From Candidatus Obscuribacterales bacterium (GTDB lineage Bacteria > Cyanobacteriota > Vampirovibrionia > Obscuribacterales > Obscuribacteraceae), in NCBI GenBank assembly GCA_965228855.1, contig CBDDIJ010000002.1, forward strand, positions 1,248,001-1,312,000: a stretch of 64,000 nucleotides of DNA. The letters are read 5' to 3'. Made by a program: the position numbers and the translations under genes. Below are positions 28,700 to 37,262 of this stretch, one piece after another (position 1 is the first letter of the stretch; each line of letters opens with the position of its first letter). The notes under the pieces were generated by a model. It saw only the letters and a list, made by a program, of their open reading frames with translations. It was not told the DNA's origin and did not search any database.

Positions 28700-29743
28700 A
28701 TGGATTCAACAGGTGTTCTTATGCATGGACTCTCAACTAAGTCGTTAAATCCTCCGGGCGTAATCCATAATCTTATGCGGGCGCAATGGGCGGGGGCGAT
28801 TATCGCGAACTCCACCCAGTTGAAAATATTCGATGCCGTTGATCTCGGGTTTCGCTCGGCCGATGAGGTGGCTCGTGAAACCGGCATTCAGCCTCGTGCG
28901 GCGGAAATACTTTTGAACGCTCTTGTCTCGCTGGAGCTTCTGACAAAAGACGAGAAGGGCTACAGTACCACGGAAGAGTCGCACTACTACATGGTTAGTA
29001 CCAGCCCACTCTTTGTAGGAGGATACTTTCAAGCACGACCAGCTTTCGCCAAGGCGTGGCAAAACATGGCAGAGATCGTCACCACCGGTAAACCTGGAGC
29101 CGAGATTAATAAAGACGAGACGGCGCAAGAGTTTTTCCCGGACCTTGCAGCTGCGCTGTTTCCCATGAACTTTGCCTATGGTCAGCGACTTGCCGAGTAT
29201 CTAAAAATTGCTGAGCGAACAGAAAAAGTTCGTGTTCTCGATTTAGCCTGCGGTAGCGCCGTCTGGAGTATTCCGCTTGCCAGGGCAAATAAGAATGTTC
29301 ACGTCGATGCATTGGACTTCGCGCCGGTTTTAGATGTCGCCAGAAAATTCACAGAAAAAGCAGGGGTTAAAGAGCAGTACGCCTATCTCTCTGGAAACTG
29401 GCAAGACATCGCTTTATCCGAGAATACTTACGATGTCGTGATCCTGGGTCACATTCTCCACTCAGAGGGAAAGGTGCGCAGCGTCGAGCTCCTGTCGCAT
29501 GTTTACGGAGCGCTGAAGAAGGGTGGAACTGTAGCGATTGCCGAGTTTCTCGTCGACTCATCGAGGACGAGCCCGGCTTTTGCTGCGATGTTTGCTTTGA
29601 ATATGTACCTGGTCACGACTGACGGTTGCGTTTTTTCTCACGACGAACTTGGGGACATGCTCAACGATAGTGGTTTTGTGCATGTTCGAGAAATGCCTAA
29701 AAACAAGCATGACTCAGACGTGATGCTCGCCGATAAGGTTTAA
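28700..29743 (+). CDS. SAM-dependent methyltransferase (O-methyltransferase family 2 with N-terminal dimerisation domain)
   Basis: LKIFDAV..RAAEILLNALVSLELL dimerisation helices; VLDLACGSA SAM motif; YDVVILGHILH. Confidence 0.88.
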   Translation: MDSTGVLMHGLSTKSLNPPGVIHNLMRAQWAGAIIANSTQLKIFDAVDLGFRSADEVARETGIQPRAAEILLNALVSLELLTKDEKGYSTTEESHYYMVSTSPLFVGGYFQARPAFAKAWQNMAEIVTTGKPGAEINKDETAQEFFPDLAAALFPMNFAYGQRLAEYLKIAERTEKVRVLDLACGSAVWSIPLARANKNVHVDALDFAPVLDVARKFTEKAGVKEQYAYLSGNWQDIALSENTYDVVILGHILHSEGKVRSVELLSHVYGALKKGGTVAIAEFLVDSSRTSPAFAAMFALNMYLVTTDGCVFSHDELGDMLNDSGFVHVREMPKNKHDSDVMLADKV

Positions 29744-29767
29744 ATCCTGCACCGTATGTGGTGGCGC

Positions 29768-30235
29768 CTAGTCCTGACTTCCAGTGGCGAAGTCGTTGCC
29801 GTTGTCGGCCATGTTCCACTTAAGCAACTCGCGCCGCCACTCGAGGTCGGCTTGAGCTTCTTTGATCAGACCCGCCAGACCCTGGTAGTCGGCGAAGGAC
29901 AAGTCGATTGCCACTCCAAGATCGAATGTCAGTTTGACTCGCTCGCAGTTTGGTACGCATGACATGCATACGATATGGTCGGGACCACAGACTTCGAACA
30001 TTTGAGTGTCTTCGCACTGCAGTGGGTCGCGCTCCCAGCTCAAATACTCCATGAACTGTTCGTCTTCCACACTTTGTTGGACGAGCAGTACCAGCGCCTG
30101 ATACTGGGTGTGATTCAAATAAATCGTGACTTCCTGACGACGGTAGTCGAGGGCGAACTCGCCGGTTTCCTTGTCTAGATACAGGTCCGCAAAGGCGTTG
30201 GCGAAACTGATCTGATTGCCGGTGCTTGTCTTCAT
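29768..30235 (-). CDS. Hypothetical protein with internal two-fold repeat, Cys-rich second half
   Basis: 155-aa ORF with GAGG RBS; IYLNHTQYQALVLLV versus IDLSFADYQGLAGLI. Confidence 0.7.
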   Translation of the reverse strand: MKTSTGNQISFANAFADLYLDKETGEFALDYRRQEVTIYLNHTQYQALVLLVQQSVEDEQFMEYLSWERDPLQCEDTQMFEVCGPDHIVCMSCVPNCERVKLTFDLGVAIDLSFADYQGLAGLIKEAQADLEWRRELLKWNMADNGNDFATGSQD

Positions 30236-30288
30236 GAACTCAGGTTCCTCTTACCAATTCATTTATGCCACTGAAGCGACTGTTGTTG

Positions 30289-31329
30289 TCACTGATCCAA
30301 CCAAGCTGCCATATCTTTAGCATGGTAGGTGATGATCAAGTCCGCTCCGGCTCTGGTGATTGATGTGAGCACTTCGGTCACAACTCGGCGTTCGTCAAGC
30401 CAGCCCTTTTCGGCTGCTGCTTTCACCATCGCGTACTCTCCGGACACATTATAGGCTGCAATCGGAAGTTTATACAGCTGTCTGGCTTCTTTGATCAGGT
30501 CAAGATATGGAAGCGCCGGCTTCACCATAATCATATCCGCGCCTTCCTGGATGTCGAGAGCAATCTCACGCATTGCTTCTCGGGCATTGGCGGGATCCAT
30601 CTGATACCCGTTGCGGTCGCCGAATTGCGGCGCCGATTCGGCAGCCTCGCGGAAGGGACCGTACATGCCTGAGGCGAACTTGGCGCTGTAAGCCATAATC
30701 GGCGTGTTCGCATAGCCGGCCTGGTCCAGACCGTTCCGAATAGCTTGAATTCTGCCGTCCATCATGTCCGACGGTGCGATGATATCGGCGCCGGCTTGCG
30801 CTTGTGCGATTGCCGATTTTGCCAGAACAGTCAAACTCGGGTCGTTCAAAATCTTTCCGTCGGCGACTAATCCGCAGTGACCATGGTCCATGTACTCACA
30901 CAGGCAGGTGTCGGCCACCACGACAATGTGTGGAAACCGTTTTTTTATCTCGCGGATTGCTTTCTGGATGATTCCGTCTTCAGACCAGGCTGCCGTCGCT
31001 TGCGAGTCCTTAGTCTCGGGAATCCCGAACAAAATTATCGAGCTCAAACCCAGTTTGGCGACTTCTTCAATTTCCTTGAGCGCCTCATCGATACTTTGCT
31101 GATGAATGCCGGGCATCGAGCTGATCGGAATTTTGCGTCCCTTGCCTTCGACGATGAAGAGGGGGTAAATCATCTGCTCTTTGCGAACATGCGTCTCGCG
31201 AACCATCGAGCGTAATTGCGGAGTCGCTCTCAGTCTGCGCATTCTGACGTGCGGATAGTTCGGCGACGTCGCTTCCAAAAGGTTGTTTTCGGCTGCTGAA
31301 TTGGGATGCGTGAGCACTGGCTTCTCCAT
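30289..31329 (-). CDS. hemB: Porphobilinogen synthase (ALA dehydratase), Zn-binding type
   Basis: [50 protein letters not shown]. Confidence 0.97.
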   Translation of the reverse strand: MEKPVLTHPNSAAENNLLEATSPNYPHVRMRRLRATPQLRSMVRETHVRKEQMIYPLFIVEGKGRKIPISSMPGIHQQSIDEALKEIEEVAKLGLSSIILFGIPETKDSQATAAWSEDGIIQKAIREIKKRFPHIVVVADTCLCEYMDHGHCGLVADGKILNDPSLTVLAKSAIAQAQAGADIIAPSDMMDGRIQAIRNGLDQAGYANTPIMAYSAKFASGMYGPFREAAESAPQFGDRNGYQMDPANAREAMREIALDIQEGADMIMVKPALPYLDLIKEARQLYKLPIAAYNVSGEYAMVKAAAEKGWLDERRVVTEVLTSITRAGADLIITYHAKDMAAWLDQ

Positions 31330-31435
31330 CGGTGGCGGACTCCTCTTGGGCGATGCGCGTTTTATGTGATTTGAAAACTATATCGCTTGTATACGCCTAT
31401 TAATTGAATAGCTCCATTTGTTTTATAGAATTAAT

Positions 31436-31660
31436 GATGCCAAGCGGGCTGCGTGTCCAGGGGGTGGCTCGTTAGGGGGGCATGACAATCTGGTTTCATA
31501 AGTTCACACACCTGACCTTTCACCCACACTCGTCAGGTGGAGATCAGGATGGTTTTCAGTAAAAACGAGGCGCTGACCGATGACGCTGTTTGGTTGCCAC
31601 CGGAGGTGGTGCCGCATCCATCGAGACGAAAACCTGGATAATGTCATCTAGACCGGTATC
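31436..31660 (+). ncRNA. Structured ncRNA candidate (~225 nt; 6S-like rod or conformational switch)
   Basis: Nested complementary segments (GATGCC/GGTATC, TGTCCAGG/CCTGGATA, CTCG/CGAG, GGCA/TGCC, TCTGGT/ACCGGA, CGTCA/TGACG, GTTTT/AAAAC); G-U pairs favour the + strand; TTGAAT-16-TAGAAT at 31404-31431. Confidence 0.5.
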
Positions 31661-31679
31661 TTCGTGCAACGTCGAACGA

Positions 31680-33383
31680 TTACATGAGTACAACCTGGTT
31701 TTGACCGAGAGCTTTGGCTCGCGCCAGTGCTCCGCTCGAACGCTCCAATAGCATCTGAAGACTACCGTCAGAAGTAACTTGTGAGACGCCGGCGCTGGCA
31801 GTTACTTTGAATATTTGTCCTGCGGCTTTGTGTGGAACAGCAGCAAATTGTTCGAGTAAACCGTTCACAATCTCGACGGTTTCCTGGGCGGACAGGCTAT
31901 CGTCGAGGATTGCAATTTCGTCTCCGCCGATTCGCCCGATAATTTCGGTGTGGCGAAAAGTCCATTTTATGATTTGCACGAGTGCGAGAATGGTGCGGTC
32001 TCCAACCGCATAACCGTAAGAGTCATTGACTCTGCTCAGTCCATCTATGTCGAATATGGTTAGAACCTGGGCGAATTTCTTGGAGCGAATTCGAACTGAG
32101 CGCTGAGCGTACTCCATAAAGTGGCTGTGGTTGAGGATCTGGGTCAATCCATCATTACGCAGGAGTCTCTGGAAAATTCGATAGCGCTCCAATTTTCCTG
32201 CTATTGTCGCGACCAGAAGTTGCGGATTGACAGGCTTGATAAGGTGGTCGTCACCGCCGGCACGCGCGCTCTCGATATGCGCTTCCAATTGGTTTTGAGT
32301 AGTTAGAAATAAAATCGGAATCGCGGCAAAGCGCTCGTTCTGCCTGACGAAACGGGCGAGTTCGAAACCGTTGATTTCTCCCATGACGATGTCCAGAAGA
32401 ATCAAGTCGGGCACGAAAGTCAAAAGTGCTTCCTCGAACTTTTTCGGATCCTGAACCCAGGCCAGGTGGTAGCCGGCGTTTTCCAGCGTTGTGACAATAT
32501 AATTGGCCTGATCCGGATCGTCCTCTACCGAAAGAATTCTGTAGCGCTCCGGTTTATGTCTTTCGAACAGGAATCGCAGCTTCTGCACGATCGTATCGAC
32601 TTCTACCGGCAATTCGAAGAAGGCATCCGCGCCTGCTTTAATGGCGGCTATTTTGTCGAGAAAGCCTGGTTCTTCGCTTAAAAGCACGATGGATACCTGG
32701 TCTCCGCCAGGTAGAGAACGGCAACCCGTAATCAATTCATATCCGTTGCCATCACGAAGGGGAACGCAAAGCAGCATGCCTTGCGGAAATGCGGTCATGA
32801 TTTGCGTTTTTGCTTCTTCGAAGCTCGCGCAAGGTCGGACGCTCATGCCAAGACTATCGAGTCTCTGAGCCAGGGATGAGAGACGGCCCTGGTCGCTCGA
32901 TACCACGATAACGTCCGGACCGCCGTGCCCTGACACCACATTCAGTGACTGGTCCGGTTTCCACAGCGCCGGCGCGGACTCCCCGGAAGTCATCGGCGGA
33001 CCGGTCAAAGGATCTGGACTGCCACCACCAATGCTCGCAGCCGGAGCGCTAGTGCCTTTTGCTGCGTCCAGTATGACGCGAAGTTGAGCGATCATGTCTC
33101 GGAAATGGCGCCAGTAAACGATAATATCGTCCGGTTGGCTTTCAAATATGTTCAAACAAAGGCGTTCGCCGGATTCCGCGATATGAGAAATATCGCCCAT
33201 GTTGTAAACGCCGGCTGAGCCGGCCATTTGATGAAAGTGCTCGTGCAGTTGGCGCAAATTGTCTACGTCCCATGGGCTCTGCGCAAACCGGTTGGCATGC
33301 TGCTCCATAGGCGCCAATCGTTCTAAACAACGGGTGACGTAGTTGTCCCGTTGCGCTTCCATTTTGTCCGACCAACCTTGCAT
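31680..33383 (-). CDS. Hpt-REC-REC-GGDEF response-regulator diguanylate cyclase
   Basis: HQMAGSAG (Hpt); first REC lacks acidic residues; second REC intact (VEDD..LLDIVM..KP); DIDGLSRVND..RIGGDEI. Confidence 0.88.
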   Translation of the reverse strand: MQGWSDKMEAQRDNYVTRCLERLAPMEQHANRFAQSPWDVDNLRQLHEHFHQMAGSAGVYNMGDISHIAESGERLCLNIFESQPDDIIVYWRHFRDMIAQLRVILDAAKGTSAPAASIGGGSPDPLTGPPMTSGESAPALWKPDQSLNVVSGHGGPDVIVVSSDQGRLSSLAQRLDSLGMSVRPCASFEEAKTQIMTAFPQGMLLCVPLRDGNGYELITGCRSLPGGDQVSIVLLSEEPGFLDKIAAIKAGADAFFELPVEVDTIVQKLRFLFERHKPERYRILSVEDDPDQANYIVTTLENAGYHLAWVQDPKKFEEALLTFVPDLILLDIVMGEINGFELARFVRQNERFAAIPILFLTTQNQLEAHIESARAGGDDHLIKPVNPQLLVATIAGKLERYRIFQRLLRNDGLTQILNHSHFMEYAQRSVRIRSKKFAQVLTIFDIDGLSRVNDSYGYAVGDRTILALVQIIKWTFRHTEIIGRIGGDEIAILDDSLSAQETVEIVNGLLEQFAAVPHKAAGQIFKVTASAGVSQVTSDGSLQMLLERSSGALARAKALGQNQVVLM

Positions 33384-33398
33384 CGACTAACCGCTTCC

Positions 33399-33764
33399 TT
33401 AATTTGCCGCCGTCAATAGTAGCTCAACTTGCTTGGTCAGGTCATCCAATTGGAACGGTTTCGCCAGATATTTGCTGGCGCCCGCTTGCTTGCATTTTTC
33501 CTCGTCGGAGCTGCCGTGCATACCGGTGAGCATCAAAACCGGCAAGGTGCCGCCGGTTTCTCTGTATTTTGTGCAGACTTCAATTCCGGTGAGCCCAGGC
33601 AAATTCCAATCGAGCACGATGATGTTATAAGTGTTGGACGCTATTTTTTCTAGCGCCTCTTCACCGTTGGCAGAGTGCTCCGCCTCGTGTCCCTTAAATT
33701 CAAGCCAGTCAAGAAGCGTGTTGGCAAGAACGTAATCGTCTTCCACCAGCAGAATCTTTGCCAC
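33399..33764 (-). CDS. Single-domain response regulator (REC)
   Basis: ILLVEDD..VLDWNLP..MLT..KPF; GTG start with AGGAG. Confidence 0.93.
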   Translation of the reverse strand: MAKILLVEDDYVLANTLLDWLEFKGHEAEHSANGEEALEKIASNTYNIIVLDWNLPGLTGIEVCTKYRETGGTLPVLMLTGMHGSSDEEKCKQAGASKYLAKPFQLDDLTKQVELLLTAAN

Positions 33765-33852
33765 CTGACAATCTCCTGGGTAACCTTAGACATATCCTAC
33801 CCGATTCGGCACAGTGTCGACGGGCAAAATTCAGTTGGCGCACAAACTTTCG

Positions 33853-34680
33853 TCACTCAGGAGAGCAGTGCTGGATTAAACTTGCCACCAGCCCCTGGGT
33901 GGTATGTTCGTCAGCCTCGACATCCACGTTGCCGATTAATTCCCGGCAGGTTTTCGCCGTCACCGGACCGATTGCGGCAATGACGACGCTGGCCAGCAAC
34001 TCGCGGAGCTTTTCAGTGCTCGCATAACTTGAATCAACCTGCAGCAGGTCCACGAAGTTTTTGGCTGTCTGAGAACTCGCAAACGTAATAACGTCCACTC
34101 GGCGCTCGCTCAAGAGCTCATGCAGTTTTTCGGACACTTCTTTCTTGTTCTTCGGCAGGTTTGTGCTGTATGCCTCGACCATATCAACCTTACCGCCTTG
34201 CTTTTTTAAACCGTCCGCAATCACGGTTCTGCCGGCATTAGTCCTTGGAAGCAGAAACCGTTTGCCGTTGACGTTGTGGGCTGCACAGAAATCTTCTACA
34301 AATTCTTCGGCAACAAATTTGCTAGGTTGAAAATCTGTTTTGATGCCGGCAAGCAGCAGCTTTTCTTGGGTTGCCGAACCGATTGCGGCGATTTTGACGC
34401 CGGATGTTTTCAAGTAATCCGCACCAAATGCGGTGCAGCGTCCGACCACGGAAGCGACCGCGTTGGTGCTGGCAAATATAATCCAATCGTAATCTTGAAT
34501 GGCACCAAGTGCGGTATCGAGTGGCTTCCAGGATTTGGGCTCTCCAATCTCGATTACGGCGGCTTCGACTGTTTGCGCGCCGTATTTTTTGAGCATGCGA
34601 GATAGTTCGCCCGCCTGCTTTTCACCTCTGGTGATCAAAACAGTCTTTCCGCTCAGTGGTAAAACTTCTGGTTGACTCAT
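33853..34680 (-). CDS. hemD: Uroporphyrinogen-III synthase
   Basis: VLITR..YDWIIFASTNAV..AAIG..TFASSQT..AIGPVT; overlaps hemC by 4 nt. Confidence 0.93.
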   Translation of the reverse strand: MSQPEVLPLSGKTVLITRGEKQAGELSRMLKKYGAQTVEAAVIEIGEPKSWKPLDTALGAIQDYDWIIFASTNAVASVVGRCTAFGADYLKTSGVKIAAIGSATQEKLLLAGIKTDFQPSKFVAEEFVEDFCAAHNVNGKRFLLPRTNAGRTVIADGLKKQGGKVDMVEAYSTNLPKNKKEVSEKLHELLSERRVDVITFASSQTAKNFVDLLQVDSSYASTEKLRELLASVVIAAIGPVTAKTCRELIGNVDVEADEHTTQGLVASLIQHCSPE

Positions 34681-35627
34681 GGAGGAGATATTTTGTTTGG
34701 TATGCTCAATCGTAGATCTTCGATGGTTGAACGTGCTCCATTCTCCATCATTTTATGCGCGAGTTGTTCTCCGACCTCTTTGGCCTGTTCGGCCAAACCT
34801 GAGTGCGCTGTTCTGAATACAGCGCTACCGTCGAGGGCTGCGATGCAGCCGGTCAATGTGATGTCGTCGCCATTCACCCGAGCAAGAGCACCGATTGGAA
34901 CGGAACAGCCGCCGCCAAGTTGAGCGAGAAAAGAGCGTTCGCACTCGATCTCTTGTGAAACTTTCTTGTCGCTGATTTTCTCCAGCATCTGAAGAAGTTC
35001 GGCGTCATTAGCGCGACACTCGATGGCCAGTGCTCCCTGACCCGCTGCCGGAGTCAGTTCCTCTGGTTCGAAAACCTGGCTGACTCGATCCAGCAGGCCA
35101 AGTCGGAGGAGTCCGGCGTGAGCGAGAAGCGTTCCGTCGCAATATCCCTCATCTAACTTCCTCAGGCGGGTCTCGATGTTGCCACGAATGTCGATGAATG
35201 AAATGTCAGAACGCAATTCTTTTAGTTGTGCTGCTCTCCGCCTCGAAGATGTAGCGACTACGGCGTTAGGCGGAAGGTCTTTGAATGCTTTTCCTGTTTT
35301 TGTAGCCAGAATGTCTCGAGGATCTTCTCGGTCTAAAACAGCGGCGATGCATAAGCCCTCCGGCACGTCGGTAGGAACGTCTTTCAGGCTGTGAACTACA
35401 AAATCTACCTCGCCGCGAAGCAGAGCGTCCTCGAGCTCTTTTACAAAAACCCCTCGGAAGCCGAGTTCGGCGATTGGTCGATCGACAATCTTGTCACCAC
35501 CTGTGGTGACGGCGACTTCTTCGAGTTGCACATCAGGAATTTGCGCCTTCAACCTATCGACGACGATTTGTGTCTGTAGTCTGGCTAACTTACTGGCTCT
35601 TGTGCCGACGCGATACAAGGGTTGCAC
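34677..35627 (-). CDS. hemC: Hydroxymethylbilane synthase (PBG deaminase)
   Basis: GTRASKLARLQ, VHSLKDVP, TSSRRR, IRGNIETRL, LGGGCSVPIG. Confidence 0.97.
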   Translation of the reverse strand: MQPLYRVGTRASKLARLQTQIVVDRLKAQIPDVQLEEVAVTTGGDKIVDRPIAELGFRGVFVKELEDALLRGEVDFVVHSLKDVPTDVPEGLCIAAVLDREDPRDILATKTGKAFKDLPPNAVVATSSRRRAAQLKELRSDISFIDIRGNIETRLRKLDEGYCDGTLLAHAGLLRLGLLDRVSQVFEPEELTPAAGQGALAIECRANDAELLQMLEKISDKKVSQEIECERSFLAQLGGGCSVPIGALARVNGDDITLTGCIAALDGSAVFRTAHSGLAEQAKEVGEQLAHKMMENGARSTIEDLRLSIPNKISPP

Positions 35628-35629
35628 CG

Positions 35630-36991
35630 TTAGTTGTTGACGTAGGTTGCTTCTCCGCGCGGACGGTGGCGCTTAGCAACGGCTTTGGCACTTGACTCTT
35701 CAAGCGGATCGAGATTGAACAATGTACGCAGCGCTTCGGCCTGTTGTTTCAGGACCTGGTAGTCCTTGGTCGCTTTGAGTTGCACTGTCGGGTGATGAAG
35801 AATTTGATTGACTATGGCTCGGCTGACGCTCTCCGCCTCTTCCTTCTGCTGGCAGTTGGCAGGGCGCTGCACACCGAAAGCGCCTTTTGAGATTTCTTCC
35901 ATTCGAATGGCTTCGATCTTTTCTCGCAAGCCCGCGATTGTCGGTGAGACGATGCGGCTGCGGCGCCAGGTGTGGAATTCATCTAGACTTTCGAAAACAA
36001 TTGCTTCAGCTTCTTGCGCGAGAGCAACGCGCTCTTCCATGTTTTTCGTTACGATAGAGGCAAGGTCGTCTGCGTGTTTCAGGGTGATTCCTGGGATTTC
36101 GCCAATCCGCGGATCGACGTTGCGAGGAACTGAAATATCGATGATCAAGCAATCTTTCTTGGAGCCGGATTGCTCGCGAGCCGCAAGAAATGCTTCATAG
36201 TTTAAAAGATAGCTCGGCGCGCTGGTTGCCACCACTGTCAGTGGCGATGTCGCTGCCACGTTGTAGCGGTTGTCGAAAGTCGCCTCTGTACAAAGCCGTT
36301 CTCTGCCCTTAAGTTCCCCGGTTACGACACCACTGAGTTTTTCCGGGGAGCGATTGAGAATTTTCACAGACGAGATATGTTTCTCTTTCAAAAGGTGTTT
36401 GACAGAGAGCTGCGCCATGTTGCCGGCGCCGATTACTGTCACGTCTCCTCTGGTCGCGCCAAGTTCTTTTGCCAATTCGATAGCTGCTGAACTTACTGAC
36501 ACGGCCCGACGACCGAGAGTGGTTTCGGAGCGAACCCGTTTTCCACAACTGAGGGCCAGTTTGAAGAGTTGGTCGAGCACGGACTTTGCGGTTCCGGCCG
36601 AGAGAGCCTTTTGATGAGCCTCCTTGACCTGCGCCATAATCTGCCCTTCGCCGAGGACCATACTGTCCAGTCCGGATGCGACTCGCATCAAATGAAGGAC
36701 AACGTCATCACGCAATAACTTGAAATTGGGTCGGAGCTTGCCATGGTCAGACAATCCTTGAACTGACTGATAAAAGCTCTCGATTTCTTTGAGCCCGGCT
36801 TGGACATCGGAAACTACCGCGTAAACCTCGGTGCGATTGCAGGTTGACAAGATTGCCGTTTCCAGCAAATGTGGATAGCGTGAAAGCGCTTCCAGAGCAT
36901 GTTTCACGCAAGAGTCAGGAATCGTGAAACGCTCTCTAATGGCTATTGGTGCGGAGTGGTAGTTGAGTCCGCAAACTACAAGATGGTTCAT
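35630..36991 (-). CDS. hemA: Glutamyl-tRNA reductase
   Basis: LSTCNRTEVY, SGLDSMVLGEGQI, IGAGNMA, DISVPRNVD; start at MNHLVVCG. Confidence 0.96.
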   Translation of the reverse strand: MNHLVVCGLNYHSAPIAIRERFTIPDSCVKHALEALSRYPHLLETAILSTCNRTEVYAVVSDVQAGLKEIESFYQSVQGLSDHGKLRPNFKLLRDDVVLHLMRVASGLDSMVLGEGQIMAQVKEAHQKALSAGTAKSVLDQLFKLALSCGKRVRSETTLGRRAVSVSSAAIELAKELGATRGDVTVIGAGNMAQLSVKHLLKEKHISSVKILNRSPEKLSGVVTGELKGRERLCTEATFDNRYNVAATSPLTVVATSAPSYLLNYEAFLAAREQSGSKKDCLIIDISVPRNVDPRIGEIPGITLKHADDLASIVTKNMEERVALAQEAEAIVFESLDEFHTWRRSRIVSPTIAGLREKIEAIRMEEISKGAFGVQRPANCQQKEEAESVSRAIVNQILHHPTVQLKATKDYQVLKQQAEALRTLFNLDPLEESSAKAVAKRHRPRGEATYVNN

Positions 36992-37262
36992 AACGCCGAA
37001 ATCACTTATGGGTTGCCATTGCAGACCTTTCGTCTCGCCTAAGACATTGACCGAAATAATCAATCAAATCAAAGGTCCTGCATACTCTTTTTCTAGAGAG
37101 CAATTATATCCAGGATCAGGACTGGAAAACGTGCAAGTGTCTATGCAGTAAAGAAAACTTTAGTTGGCGACTCAAACCCTGTTTGGCATTGCGTCGAATC
37201 TTCCAGAATTTTTATCCCCGCTTGTGGATTATGTGATTGGTTTAACAATAGGGTTGGTGAGG

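Noticed and set aside
31517..31537. Hammerhead-like CUGACGA...GAAA on the minus strand
   Set aside because: The intervening GUGUGGGU cannot form stem II, and no matching stems I/III with a cleavage triplet were found.
31436..31660. Cobalamin riboswitch, tmRNA, RNase P or retron msr-msd identity for the structured region
   Set aside because: No B12 box, no tRNA-like 3' end, no GAGGAAAGUCC, and no reverse transcriptase in the window.
30289..36991. hemA-hemC-hemD and hemB cluster as a novel pathway
   Set aside because: Standard C5 tetrapyrrole pathway genes with canonical motifs.
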